Of a stretch of DNA of 64,000 nt, positions 8,996 to 18,880 are shown in pieces. The notes under the pieces were generated by a model that was not told where the DNA came from, searched no databases, and worked only from the letters and a program-made list of their open reading frames with translations. Numbering within the stretch: position 1 is the stretch's first letter; the number at the start of each line of letters is the position of its first letter. The stretch comes from an uncultured virus (IMG/VR IMGVR_UViG_3300020183_000058) (lineage: Duplodnaviria; Heunggongvirae; Uroviricota; Caudoviricetes; Kyanoviridae), in IMG/VR virus record IMGVR_UViG_3300020183_000058, one strand, 5' to 3'. Both the position numbers and the translations under genes were made by a program.

Positions 8996-9994
8996 TTAGG
9001 ACCAACGTGAGATAGCATTCATGTATGCGGACATAGAATCCGATACCTGAGTATTCTCTAGTTGTGCATCCTCAGTTAAAGCACCAGGCTTATTTGCTGG
9101 GAAATATGACTCCTTGAGAGTTTGAACTTTGTCTCTGAAAGTCTCTTCAGAAACGCACTCGATACTCTCGGTAAGAGAAATCATCTTTTCTCTTTGAGAC
9201 ATTGCCAAACCTTCACAAACTTCGTTCACAATCCCATTCTTAATATAATTACCGAGTTTCTTAGTCAATAGAACATTGCTTTCGATTTGCTCGTTAAGTT
9301 TGCCTTCCATAGTATCTAGTTGACCTTCCAATTCATCTAATAGGTCAACTCTCTCGTCGTCAATGTTAACATTGTTATCGACGAAAACTTGTCTGAGACC
9401 AGTCATTACTGACTCTGCGATCTCAGTTTTAATGCCGTTCTGGATCGCAATTTCATTTTGCTCCATCCAGGTGGTTACGGCATAGTTGAGGTAAGTATCT
9501 ACTTTTTCTGCTAGTTCTAACTTAACCTTCTCAACTTCTTCCTTGAGTGCTACAGCATACTCTTCATGAATAACTTCTAGTTGCTCATTGATACGAGAAA
9601 TAACTGCTGCCTCAAAAATTGTTGCTGCCTTGGTTTTGAACTCTGCGGAAAGATCTTCACCCTCGGTAAGAGCAGCAACGTCAGAAGAAAGATCAACATC
9701 AAATGTTCTTGTCTCTTCTTCCGTTACAGACTCTTCCGCATCCTCTGATTCTTCGGCAAGTTTGCCTGAAGCTTGTGATGGATGTGTAGAGGGTGCCGCA
9801 GTCTTCTTCATTTTTGCAGCAACTTTCTTACCAATAGGACCACCATCTGGTGTTTCTTTTGATGATCCACCGAGATCCTCACCTTCGTTATGAAGTTCAG
9901 ATTTCTCAGCTGGCTTAGCACCTTTGGTAACTACATTCTCTTCTAGTTGTTCATCTTCTGAAAAGATTTGCTCAATTGCTTCTACTTCTGACAT
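8996..9994 (-). CDS. gp22: prohead core scaffold protein (gp22)
   Basis: Acidic coiled coil; EFKTKAATIFEAAV, KVDTYLNY, TLKESYF; between g21 and g23. Confidence 0.95.
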   Translation of the reverse strand: MSEVEAIEQIFSEDEQLEENVVTKGAKPAEKSELHNEGEDLGGSSKETPDGGPIGKKVAAKMKKTAAPSTHPSQASGKLAEESEDAEESVTEEETRTFDVDLSSDVAALTEGEDLSAEFKTKAATIFEAAVISRINEQLEVIHEEYAVALKEEVEKVKLELAEKVDTYLNYAVTTWMEQNEIAIQNGIKTEIAESVMTGLRQVFVDNNVNIDDERVDLLDELEGQLDTMEGKLNEQIESNVLLTKKLGNYIKNGIVNEVCEGLAMSQREKMISLTESIECVSEETFRDKVQTLKESYFPANKPGALTEDAQLENTQVSDSMSAYMNAISRWS

Positions 9995-10030
9995 TACAGT
10001 CTCCTTGATAATTTCTATTATTTCTATATT

Positions 10031-10038
10031 TATTTATA
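10031..10038 (-). promoter_or_regulatory. late promoter TATAAATA (g22)
   Basis: Exact consensus, intergenic. Confidence 0.88.
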
Positions 10039-10040
10039 AA

Positions 10041-10694
10041 TTACAATGATTTTAGAAATTGCTCAAAGACTTGAGCTTGTCTTTCAATCAATTGCGACTT
10101 GGTTGGAGCAGTTTTTACGTAGGTCTGCATTTGTTGAATTTGCGATTCCGCAATTCTTCCATTCTGCCAAACCCACTCTTTACCTTCCATAATTCCATTT
10201 ACAAATGCATCTGGTGCGGAAGGATCTGCTACAATATCAGCAGCAGTAGCTAGCATGAAATCATCTTTTACATAATGGATTCCATTCTTTTCTTCTAATG
10301 ATCCTAGACCTCTAGAAGAAACTCCTAACTTAACTCCCTCATCGAGTAATGATTTTGCAATCTTACCCATGGGAGTTTCTAGAAGTTTTGCTCTACCAAT
10401 AAAATTATTGTTTTCTCTTTGTAGAGAAACAATTTTATGAGAAACACGATCAAGATTGATGTTTGGACCATCAGGATGACCTAGTTCCCCAAGAGCTCTG
10501 CCCGTTCCGACAAAGTTCTCATTGTATTTAGCAACTTCTCTCTCAAGAATGTTCACATCATAATATCTTTTATTGCGATTTTCCATATTTCCTTGAAGGA
10601 AAATCCCCTCAATGAAGTAATTTTTAGAACCTGTTTCTTTCGATTCTTCACAAATTACAGCAATTTCTTCAATTGCCTCTGAAATAAGTTTCAT
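10041..10694 (-). CDS. gp21: prohead protease (gp21)
   Basis: ALGELGHP, GVSSRGLGS, DIVADPSAPDAFV. Confidence 0.97.
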   Translation of the reverse strand: MKLISEAIEEIAVICEESKETGSKNYFIEGIFLQGNMENRNKRYYDVNILEREVAKYNENFVGTGRALGELGHPDGPNINLDRVSHKIVSLQRENNNFIGRAKLLETPMGKIAKSLLDEGVKLGVSSRGLGSLEEKNGIHYVKDDFMLATAADIVADPSAPDAFVNGIMEGKEWVWQNGRIAESQIQQMQTYVKTAPTKSQLIERQAQVFEQFLKSL

Positions 10695-10867
10695 TATTCT
10701 TCTTCCTCTTCTGTTTGTGGATTAAACCAAGATTGTGCAATTTCAATTCTCTTATCGGCAATTGCGTCAATAGATTTTTCATTCATCGCAGCAGCAACAT
10801 AATCCATCACATCAACTTTATTATCGTTGAATAACGCATCTACAATATTGTAAGCATGATCTGACAT
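10694..10867 (-). CDS. small acidic protein, possible prohead core protein (gp67/gp68-like position)
   Basis: 57-aa ORF below the track cutoff (MSDHAYNIVDALFNDNKVDVMDYVAAAMNEKSIDAIADKRIEIAQSWFNPQTEEEE), AGAGGA SD, TAATG coupling to g21. Confidence 0.8.
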   Translation of the reverse strand: MSDHAYNIVDALFNDNKVDVMDYVAAAMNEKSIDAIADKRIEIAQSWFNPQTEEEEE

Positions 10868-10888
10868 AAAATATCCTCTATAATAAAC

Positions 10889-10896
10889 TATTTATT
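10889..10896 (-). promoter_or_regulatory. late promoter AATAAATA
   Basis: NATAAATA in the intergenic gap after g20. Confidence 0.7.
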
Positions 10897-10902
10897 AAAA
10901 AA

Positions 10903-12510
10903 TTAAAACTCACCACGTTTGTAATCAGCTTCATCTGGACCAGGAGGTAGTTGTTCTTCCATAGGAACTTGCCCAGGAGCACCACCCTGCATCATTGGAT
11001 CATTCATCATTGCTGGATCTGGGATAATACCATTCGCAATTTCTTGTTCTATCTGCTGATCAATTTCTCCAATTTCCGTCTCAGTTTGCTTAAGAATTTG
11101 ACGACGAATATAATCAACGGAGAAATATTTACCAAGGAAAGGATCCATTTGTGAAACTAATCCAAGTCTTTCGTTGAGCATTTCATTTTCTTTGAGTTCA
11201 GCAAAATGATTATCTGCAACGTAACTAAATTGGATATGCTCCTTCATCTGATCCCAATCGTCCAGGGAACAGACTCCTTTTAATACGCATTGTGTCTTAA
11301 GAAGATCTAGGAACAAGTCACTAAACTTTTTGCGGAGACGAGTAATAAATTTTTGGAATTTAATTTCATCACGATTAATCTCTGCAGATCTTCCAATGTT
11401 GAAAGTGTTCTCCGATTCCAAACGTGACTCGGGAACATTTAGGGATCTGTATAATTTTCTTTGGAAGTATTTGACATCCTCCAGTTCACCCAAATTCTGC
11501 CCACCAGGGAGAGTAGTAATTTCCGTTCCTCTACCACCCTCACGACGAGGAAGCCAAAAGTCCTCAAGCATCGACATAAATTTGCGATCATCTTTGATCT
11601 CTCCAGTACTAGCATCGTAAACTAACTTATTACGATAACGTGACATCACTTCACGTAAATATTGTTCTGCTTTTTGCTTAGGTAGATTGCCTACATCGAT
11701 ATAAAAGATTCTTCTTTCTGGAGCACGAGACAAACGATAGATAACAAGTGAGTCCTCAATCATGCGGAGTTGGTTGAGTGCCTTAATTGCTTTGTGCATG
11801 TGTGACAGAACCATGTTTCGGTTCATGTCTAACAGACCAGAGTGTGCATAACAAATAGCATCATTAGAAACTTTGATGCCAGTAGTATCGTAACCACGAA
11901 GACCCTTGTTGTTGTAGACATAGTATTCCACCGATTTACGACTGATTGCTTCATCGGTGATACTACCTGGTACAGAACGTTCTTTTTGTTCTTCAAACTC
12001 AATAACTTTACGGATTTTACGAGGATCAATAAATCTTAGTTCTAAAATTCCTTCTTTTGGGTTCTGTAAATCTACTACTTTATGATAAAATAATTTTCCA
12101 TCAATATACCAACGACGGAAAATGTCATAAGATTTCTTATCAAAATCCAAAAGTTCTAAAACATTATGAAATTCTTCTCTTATTCTTCTTTTTAATGAAT
12201 CTGAAACTTTTAAATTTGAAAGTTCAACTTCTACTGGAACGTCATCCATTCCACCGTTAATTGCTTCATTAACAATATCATCAATTGCAGAATCACATTC
12301 AGGATGAAGAGACATGTCACGATAACGCATGACAAGTTCCCATTCATTTTTAACATAACCATCGATGTCTACATACTGACCAAAATAGCCACCTCCAACA
12401 ATAGGGGTGGCTGCATCATCAGATTGGGGTTGGACAAAGGAGGGTCCCTTAGGACCTTTCTTTGCCCTCTCCAAACTATATCCAAATAGACGAGATTGCT
12501 GCTGCGTCAT
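10903..12510 (-). CDS. gp20: portal vertex protein (gp20)
   Basis: RRWYIDG, IYRLSRAPERRIFYIDVGNLPK, EDFWLPRREGGRGTEITTLPGGQN. Confidence 0.99.
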   Translation of the reverse strand: MTQQQSRLFGYSLERAKKGPKGPSFVQPQSDDAATPIVGGGYFGQYVDIDGYVKNEWELVMRYRDMSLHPECDSAIDDIVNEAINGGMDDVPVEVELSNLKVSDSLKRRIREEFHNVLELLDFDKKSYDIFRRWYIDGKLFYHKVVDLQNPKEGILELRFIDPRKIRKVIEFEEQKERSVPGSITDEAISRKSVEYYVYNNKGLRGYDTTGIKVSNDAICYAHSGLLDMNRNMVLSHMHKAIKALNQLRMIEDSLVIYRLSRAPERRIFYIDVGNLPKQKAEQYLREVMSRYRNKLVYDASTGEIKDDRKFMSMLEDFWLPRREGGRGTEITTLPGGQNLGELEDVKYFQRKLYRSLNVPESRLESENTFNIGRSAEINRDEIKFQKFITRLRKKFSDLFLDLLKTQCVLKGVCSLDDWDQMKEHIQFSYVADNHFAELKENEMLNERLGLVSQMDPFLGKYFSVDYIRRQILKQTETEIGEIDQQIEQEIANGIIPDPAMMNDPMMQGGAPGQVPMEEQLPPGPDEADYKRGEF

Positions 12511-12539
12511 AATCTAAAGAAACTCCAGTTCTACTGGAT

Positions 12540-12547
12540 TATTTATG
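12540..12547 (-). promoter_or_regulatory. late promoter CATAAATA (g20)
   Basis: NATAAATA in the intergenic gap before g20. Confidence 0.75.
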
Positions 12548-12557
12548 CAAAAAGAAA

Positions 12558-13160
12558 TTAGGTTCTGGCACCAGAATCTAGATTCTCTGCTTCACTGTCA
12601 GTCTTTTGGGTCCAGTATTGAACTTGGAACTCAACAGTATACTCTTCGATAGCATCGTTGGATTCCCATGCAAGGTCAATTGCACTTACGTTTGTTGGGA
12701 AAATATCAACGAATTCGTAAGAACGAAGAATGTCACCCTGTCTACCTAACTGTCTTACAGTTGCTTTAGCATAATAGTCACTGATTTTAGCAAAGTCCGA
12801 ATAGTTCTCATTTTGATATTGGATCTTGGAAATCCAAAGTTCAAAGTAAGAACGTAGTTGGAACTTAGCATCATTCATGACGGTAACAGTCCATGGTTCG
12901 TAGGTACGATCACCTGCGATTTTCAGAGTACGACCTCTGAAAGGAACTTCAATAACACCAACTGTGGAAGCAGGTAGGTTTGCTGCCTTGACCAGAACTA
13001 ATGATTTCTTTTTGAGATCACTGCTGGACGCACCCTGATTCGTTGAACCAGTAATAGCAGTAGGGAAATTTAATTCCACTTGGAATAGATTAGGACGAGC
13101 AAAATCCGAATTTACATATGACTTAAATGTATCAATACTTGCTCTAGACTTACTTGCCAT
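12558..13160 (-). CDS. gp19: tail tube protein (gp19)
   Basis: ARPNLFQV, FRGRTLKIAGDRT, IEEYTVEFQVQYW. Confidence 0.97.
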   Translation of the reverse strand: MASKSRASIDTFKSYVNSDFARPNLFQVELNFPTAITGSTNQGASSSDLKKKSLVLVKAANLPASTVGVIEVPFRGRTLKIAGDRTYEPWTVTVMNDAKFQLRSYFELWISKIQYQNENYSDFAKISDYYAKATVRQLGRQGDILRSYEFVDIFPTNVSAIDLAWESNDAIEEYTVEFQVQYWTQKTDSEAENLDSGART

Positions 13161-13186
13161 TTTGAATAGTCTCCTTTTAGTTTAAG

Positions 13187-13194
13187 TATTTATA
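13187..13194 (-). promoter_or_regulatory. late promoter TATAAATA (g19)
   Basis: Exact consensus followed by AGGAG SD. Confidence 0.88.
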
Positions 13195-13195
13195 A

Positions 13196-15922
13196 TCAGC
13201 TGACGATTTCAGCAAAGGTTGTGCCAGTTCTGGTAGCAACAAATGTTAGGGTGATGTAGTTGATGGAACGTGTTGGCTTCACGTAAATTTCAGCATAGAA
13301 TTCACCACGATCAATTGCTTCTGGTGGGTTATTTGTAGAATCACAAACAACTAAGAAATCAATGATACCTCTGCGACCTTGTACTTGACGGAGATATGGT
13401 TCAATGATATTTCTAAAGGATGAACGAGTAATTTCATCATTTAGTTCAAAGAGTTGCTGCTTGGCAGCATCTGAGATTGTTCTCTCAATTGCAAGGAACA
13501 AACGACGAACGTTGATTCTATCGAATGCTGACTGATAACCAAGTGCAGTCTTATCACCAAAGAGAACAATACCTTGACCTGGGAAATTAACGACTGGGTT
13601 AATTCTGTTAGCATATAGTTTGTCTCTTTGATCTTTCAGTGGTGAGTATGCTAGTTTAATAGCATTCTTGAGTGCACCTCTGTTTAGACCTGCTGGTGAG
13701 AACCATGGTTCTTGATTTACTGTGGTCTGTAAGCAAAGACCAGCAATATCAGCATTACATGGAATGTAACGATAAGTATCATTATACTTGTCGTAAATAT
13801 ACTTGTAGTTGCTATCAAACACAGTGTATGAAGAAGACTGTAGTAGGCTATAGAATACTACGGATCTGTCAACAATGACATTTGGATCAACTTGTCCTAC
13901 AACATCTCCTCTAATTGGTGAGATGAATGCGATACAATCCTTACGGGTATTTGCAATATCAATTAATTTTTGTGCCTTTGCAACACTATCTTGGAATGAT
14001 CCGAATGAAGGACCCATGATTAGATAGTCAACCTTAACGGTTTCTTGGTCCGCAACTAGATCATATGCACCAAGAACTTGATCTCTGGAGAGAGTATAAC
14101 CATCTTCTCCACCTTGTAAGGTGTATGAAATTGTGGAATTATTCTTGGTTGCAACTAGATCTTCATTTAGTAGATTCTTGAAAGCTACTGATGACTTGAA
14201 GAGGTCGAAACTTCTATTTAAACCACTTGAACCAATGTCACCAATTTTTGTTGCATCTACATCATAAATTTCATTTTGCTCATGTGAACCCCAATATAGA
14301 TATTGTGAGTTGGCTTTGAGGACATCTCTGTAATAGTTATTTTCCCCTTGTGGTCCTTTAGCATTGCTTGCTTTTGAGATGAATAGGAATTTCTCTAAAA
14401 CTGAACCAGGGGTTCCAGTGATCTTACCATCTGCATCGAGAACAAGCATGTGCATTTCATCATTCTTTCCACCTCTTTCATTAATGAATTGAGATGTAGT
14501 TGGACGTGGTGCAATGTTGATCCACTTTTGACCATCACCAAATTCACGATCTTCATATTCTGCTCTTACACCAAGGATGATAACAGTTCTTGCTGCTCCC
14601 ACAGTAGGTGAATCTGATACGTTTTGGTTAACCTGGAACAATGCCGAACTGGTTGCGTGAGTATAAACTCTTCTTTCTACTCCAACAATAGTACCAGTAG
14701 CTCCTCCAGGTCCAGTTAGGGTTTGTCCGTTTTGGAAGTATGTTGTTGAAGAACCAACTGTTACCTCTAGAATTCTTCTGCCTGGATCCCAAGCAACTAC
14801 AGTTGCAGCAACTGCACCAGAAGCAGCAGTAACAGCAGCACCAGCTACGAATGTTCCAGCAAGACCAACAGAATCTAACTTTACGAGCACTGAATAGTGG
14901 TATACTTTAGCAGAAACGTTTGCAGGGCTATACTGAATACTTGCTCCTGCTGGGAATGACCATTCAACTCCAGATGAAGGAGATGCAACGGTTAGTACTT
15001 GATCAGCACCAGCATCTGTCATAAGAATCTTAAGTGAATTCCCATAAGTTCCAGGAGTACGTGCTGCCCATACCCATGGGTTTGCTGCAGATTCTACAGT
15101 TGTTTCGTAGAAGTTTAGGTTCTTGATTAGTGGTGGGGTAATACCAGTAACGTTGGTTTCGTTTAAGTTAGTAGCATCAATAGTAACAACAAGTTTTGTA
15201 ACATCAGCACCATCAGCATGTGCTGCAGCAGTTGTTCCAAATTGAGCTCTAGATACTGTTAGGTTATTTGCAGTAATAGCAGTTACCTGAAGAATTTCAT
15301 TTCCAATAATAATGTAACCGTTAACAGCAATGTTTAAGTTAGGTGCAGTAGTTACTGTTAGGGTTGTATCAGATGCAGTGAAAACTCCACCTTCGTTAAT
15401 TGTTGTTTGATTGGCAGTAATTGGTTCCAATAAACTAATTGGTCTTCCAGCAACGTGAGATGCAGCAGATGTTGAAAGTGCCCCTCTAACTACGGTGACA
15501 TCGTTACCACTTACTGCAGTAACAGTCATGAGTTCACTATCGATTCTAATGTGATCACCAACACTGAAGTTAGTTGATGATACTACACTAACTACTGTAT
15601 CGGATGCAGATAGGTTTGCACTAACAACGGTTGCTTTATCAATAGCATTTCTTAGTGATGCACTATTTGCACGAATAACTTTTAGTGATCCACCATAAAG
15701 CATAAATTGAGATGCTGAGTACCAAAACTCATAGTTTTGATCGTTTGGTTTGCCGAATACTTGAAGTAATTGCTTTTCTGATAAGATGTCTACAACTTCC
15801 TCAACAGGTCCTTTTTCAAATGAACCTGCAATAACTCCAATGTTGTCAACAACTGTATTGGCAACTGTAGTAAGGTCTCTCTCGACGACCACTACTCCAG
15901 GTGATAGCTGAGTAGATGCCAT
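13196..15922 (-). CDS. gp18: tail sheath protein (gp18), enlarged by inserted domains
   Basis: LSPGVVVVERDLT, PWFSPAG, FDRINVRRLF, KPTRSINYITLTFVA; 908 aa. Confidence 0.97.
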   Translation of the reverse strand: MASTQLSPGVVVVERDLTTVANTVVDNIGVIAGSFEKGPVEEVVDILSEKQLLQVFGKPNDQNYEFWYSASQFMLYGGSLKVIRANSASLRNAIDKATVVSANLSASDTVVSVVSSTNFSVGDHIRIDSELMTVTAVSGNDVTVVRGALSTSAASHVAGRPISLLEPITANQTTINEGGVFTASDTTLTVTTAPNLNIAVNGYIIIGNEILQVTAITANNLTVSRAQFGTTAAAHADGADVTKLVVTIDATNLNETNVTGITPPLIKNLNFYETTVESAANPWVWAARTPGTYGNSLKILMTDAGADQVLTVASPSSGVEWSFPAGASIQYSPANVSAKVYHYSVLVKLDSVGLAGTFVAGAAVTAASGAVAATVVAWDPGRRILEVTVGSSTTYFQNGQTLTGPGGATGTIVGVERRVYTHATSSALFQVNQNVSDSPTVGAARTVIILGVRAEYEDREFGDGQKWINIAPRPTTSQFINERGGKNDEMHMLVLDADGKITGTPGSVLEKFLFISKASNAKGPQGENNYYRDVLKANSQYLYWGSHEQNEIYDVDATKIGDIGSSGLNRSFDLFKSSVAFKNLLNEDLVATKNNSTISYTLQGGEDGYTLSRDQVLGAYDLVADQETVKVDYLIMGPSFGSFQDSVAKAQKLIDIANTRKDCIAFISPIRGDVVGQVDPNVIVDRSVVFYSLLQSSSYTVFDSNYKYIYDKYNDTYRYIPCNADIAGLCLQTTVNQEPWFSPAGLNRGALKNAIKLAYSPLKDQRDKLYANRINPVVNFPGQGIVLFGDKTALGYQSAFDRINVRRLFLAIERTISDAAKQQLFELNDEITRSSFRNIIEPYLRQVQGRRGIIDFLVVCDSTNNPPEAIDRGEFYAEIYVKPTRSINYITLTFVATRTGTTFAEIVS

Positions 15923-15960
15923 TTGTTATTCTCCTTAGAATATCATTTTGTGTCTATGAA

Positions 15961-15968
15961 TATTTATA
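15961..15968 (-). promoter_or_regulatory. late promoter TATAAATA (g18)
   Basis: Exact consensus, intergenic, AGGAG SD downstream. Confidence 0.88.
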
Positions 15969-16004
15969 ATTTAGGAAGTTTCAAATGGGGAAACTTTGCG
16001 TGAA

Positions 16005-16232
16005 CTACCAATCTGGATATGTCCAATATGTTTGTTTGTCTGATTTTCTACTAGACATGATTCTTTTTACAGTGCATTGCTTGCACTCATACGAATATGC
16101 AGAAGGGTATGGACCTCTATCTTTATGTGTTTTATAAAAATCGTCCAATAAATTTTTCACCTTTCCACACACTCTGCATTTTCTCTGAGTGAATAATATA
16201 TGCTCTAGTTCTATCTGATCATCAAAATCCAT
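16005..16232 (-). CDS. small CxxC...CxxC (zinc-finger-like) protein
   Basis: CRVC...CKQC; start MDFDDQ coupled to the g17 stop (TAATG). Confidence 0.75.
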   Translation of the reverse strand: MDFDDQIELEHILFTQRKCRVCGKVKNLLDDFYKTHKDRGPYPSAYSYECKQCTVKRIMSSRKSDKQTYWTYPDW

Positions 16233-17887
16233 TAACGGAATTCCCACATAAATGCTTTGTCTCCATATTCATCAACATGCCAACGATCCCCTTCAGAATC
16301 AACAAAACTTTCACCACCACCTAATCCATCATCCATGAATCCAAAGGGTGCCATGTCTGCTTCAATTGCCTCTCTCTGTTCCTCATAGATTCTTTGTCGA
16401 ACGTCATTGTCATGAAGTTCCTTAAAGAATGGTTGCATTGCCAACCAAGCAAAGATGACCAAAGACATTGCTAAGTCATCATTACAACCCTCTTCTGCCT
16501 GAAAACTATTTTGTTTCTGAATAAAAGTAGTTAATTCACTGATAGTATCATAGTCTTTAATTAATAACTTATCTTCTTCGATAAGTGCTTTTAAGTTGGA
16601 GCACCCAACTTTTTTAACTGCCATAGTCATTCTCACACCAAGGGATGCTTTCTTGCCCGAGAATCCAGTGCCCACAATTTGTCCAGCTCTTCCCCTCATA
16701 GAACACATGAGTAGGTTGTCATATTCTAAATCATATTGCAAAATATCAGCAACCTGTGCACCAATATCATTTACCTCAATTAAAATATGACATTTATTAT
16801 ATGCCTTTGCTACCTGATTAATGATATTGGGTAAAATAATAGGTTTAATCTCATTGTCTTTAAATTTGGCAACAAGTTTGTATGGAATAGTAGTAGTATC
16901 CATCACTGTAAATGCTGAGTAATCATTGTTTGTACCACGAGATACATCAACAGTCATTACATATTGGTGGTCACTAATTGGATCTTCAAAAATATCTAGT
17001 CTACCATTTTGTTTAATGGGATCTTCATAAACCATATTCCTTAATTTTGCAGGATTGATTAGAGTATCAACCGATCCCAGAAACTCACACTCAAATTCTT
17101 GAGTAAACTGTCTCTGAGAAGTGTTTGCAATTGTTTGTTCTTTCCATGCAGCATCACGACCAGGAACCTGAGACCAATGAACTTCTAGAGGGATATAACT
17201 ATTCTTCTGCCTTTCAGCATCATGCCAAAGTTTATAGAACATGTTCATTCCGTTTGGTGTCGAAATGATAATTACCTTGGTTGTTTTACCAGATGAAATC
17301 GTAGGATATACAGAAGAGAAGAACTGCTCTGCAATATTATTTGGAATGAACGCAAACTCGTCTAGGAAGATGATATTAAACGAGTTCCCTCGAACTGCAC
17401 TAGATGACGTGGATGCAGCAATAATCTTAGAACCGTTTTCTAATTCTAAGGATCCCTTGTTCCAGGATACAATACCATGTTGCATCCACTTGGGTAAATT
17501 TTCATATGATAGTTGTAAACGAGACAAAAGTTCTCTTGACGTTTCTGCCTTGTTTGCTAGAATAGCAATCTTAACATTGTCATTGAACAATGCATAGTGC
17601 ATCAGATAGGAAACACATGTTGTTGATTTTCCTGTCTGACGTGGGAGTTTTGCAATGTTAAATCTATTCTCGTGAAAATTTTTAATAAGTTGCTCTTGGA
17701 AATCCCATACATTAAATGGAACAAGACCTTCATCCAAGGAAACAATCTTTACATAATTTTTGGCAAAATAAAGTGGATCATCTGAACATTTAATATATTC
17801 TGCAACTTGCTCAGCAGTAAACTCTTGCTTTACATTTGCTTTTTTGAGATTAGGATTACCTAAATAAACTTCATCGTTTGGCATCAT
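16232..17887 (-). CDS. gp17: terminase large subunit (gp17)
   Basis: YLGNPNLK, PRQTGKST, IIFLDEFAF, ISTPNG, DDLAM; uninterrupted. Confidence 0.98.
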   Translation of the reverse strand: MMPNDEVYLGNPNLKKANVKQEFTAEQVAEYIKCSDDPLYFAKNYVKIVSLDEGLVPFNVWDFQEQLIKNFHENRFNIAKLPRQTGKSTTCVSYLMHYALFNDNVKIAILANKAETSRELLSRLQLSYENLPKWMQHGIVSWNKGSLELENGSKIIAASTSSSAVRGNSFNIIFLDEFAFIPNNIAEQFFSSVYPTISSGKTTKVIIISTPNGMNMFYKLWHDAERQKNSYIPLEVHWSQVPGRDAAWKEQTIANTSQRQFTQEFECEFLGSVDTLINPAKLRNMVYEDPIKQNGRLDIFEDPISDHQYVMTVDVSRGTNNDYSAFTVMDTTTIPYKLVAKFKDNEIKPIILPNIINQVAKAYNKCHILIEVNDIGAQVADILQYDLEYDNLLMCSMRGRAGQIVGTGFSGKKASLGVRMTMAVKKVGCSNLKALIEEDKLLIKDYDTISELTTFIQKQNSFQAEEGCNDDLAMSLVIFAWLAMQPFFKELHDNDVRQRIYEEQREAIEADMAPFGFMDDGLGGGESFVDSEGDRWHVDEYGDKAFMWEFR

Positions 17888-18107
17888 CTTTTGGTTCGGG
17901 CATCAATGTATTTAAACTATTTAACCTACTTGCCCATGTGATTCCACTTGTTGAACCCCTACAAGGATTTATACAAGTATCATCACCATATTTATTGCAT
18001 ACTAAACCAGCAAGATCATGTGGATCACCTTCTTTACCCGTTCCAGACCAATAGTGTTGATTGTTGATCCAGGTAGCTCCACATTTGGGGCAAATTTTAG
18101 AGTGCAT
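17871..18107 (-). CDS. small Cys-rich hypothetical protein
   Basis: CPKC...DLAGLVC...CINPC; overlaps the g17 start; preceded by a late promoter. Confidence 0.75.
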   Translation of the reverse strand: MHSKICPKCGATWINNQHYWSGTGKEGDPHDLAGLVCNKYGDDTCINPCRGSTSGITWASRLNSLNTLMPEPKDDAKR

Positions 18108-18134
18108 ATATTTTAAATTAATTTGCGGTGTTAG

Positions 18135-18142
18135 TATTTATG
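18135..18142 (-). promoter_or_regulatory. late promoter CATAAATA (upstream of the g17 unit)
   Basis: NATAAATA in an intergenic gap. Confidence 0.7.
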
Positions 18143-18168
18143 AAAAATTGTAACACCATGCACTTAAA

Positions 18169-18579
18169 TTACTTCTTCCGTTTGGATTCCAACACTGAAA
18201 AATCTTTTTTCTTAGTACCACCATCATATTCCCAAGCATAACCTTCAACAATCATCTGGTCGTTGACTGATATTTCTTCACCGTTGATATACAGGTGTCC
18301 GATGATACGACCATACTTCTCTGTGCTATCTGGAAGTTCAGTCTTGATTAAAATATCTCTAGCAAACCTCAATTTTTCTTTGAGCCATTCTTTCGATTCG
18401 AGTCCGAGTTTCTTTTCGTATTCATCTTTTGTTCTACTCTCAGGCGTGTCAATGCCCGCAAGACGAATTCGCTTACTGAGAGAGATATCAAAACCAAGAT
18501 CAATGTCAGCGTCAATAGTGTCGCCATCTACTACCTTTGCGATTGAACGAATTCTGTAAATATATGGGTCTTTATTCAT
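18169..18579 (-). CDS. thermonuclease (staphylococcal nuclease family)
   Basis: KVVDGDTI, RIRLAGIDTPE, KYGRII, GYAWEY. Confidence 0.92.
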   Translation of the reverse strand: MNKDPYIYRIRSIAKVVDGDTIDADIDLGFDISLSKRIRLAGIDTPESRTKDEYEKKLGLESKEWLKEKLRFARDILIKTELPDSTEKYGRIIGHLYINGEEISVNDQMIVEGYAWEYDGGTKKKDFSVLESKRKK

Positions 18580-18772
18580 TCCACCATCCCTCTTGTTTAT
18601 GTATCCAAATTTTTAAATCTTTGACGTATTTTCTAAGTATTTGTGCTTGTTCTTCATGCCAAGGATCACCAGTTTTCATATAAAAACGAGTGTGATGATC
18701 TATAGCTTTAAGTATTTGATAGATGGCAGGATTCCAACACTCCCTTTGTGGAGTGTTCCATTCTCGTGGCAC
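18572..18772 (-). CDS. hypothetical protein
   Basis: GTG start, MPREWNTP; stop overlaps the nuclease start. Confidence 0.7.
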   Translation of the reverse strand: MPREWNTPQRECWNPAIYQILKAIDHHTRFYMKTGDPWHEEQAQILRKYVKDLKIWIHKQEGWWNE

Positions 18773-18876
18773 GGGATTACTAGCGAGTGTACGTCAGTAT
18801 AACGAAGATATTCAAGTTGACATTGACCTGGACTAATCTCAACATAACCCACAATCAAAAAAGCAATAAATTCCAT
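18700..18876 (-). CDS. hypothetical protein (58 aa, hydrophobic N-terminus)
   Basis: MEFIAFLIVGYVEISPGQCQLEYLRY...; starts 4 nt after the previous stop, but overlaps the next ORF by 73 nt. Confidence 0.5.
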   Translation of the reverse strand: MEFIAFLIVGYVEISPGQCQLEYLRYTDVHSLVIPCHENGTLHKGSVGILPSIKYLKL

Positions 18877-18880
18877 AAGA

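Noticed and set aside
864..17887. Introns, inteins or homing endonucleases in g46, uvsW, g20 or g17
   Set aside because: ORFs are continuous and of normal length; no intein splice motifs or HNH/GIY-YIG genes seen. The 16005-16232 Zn-finger ORF lacks a nuclease domain.
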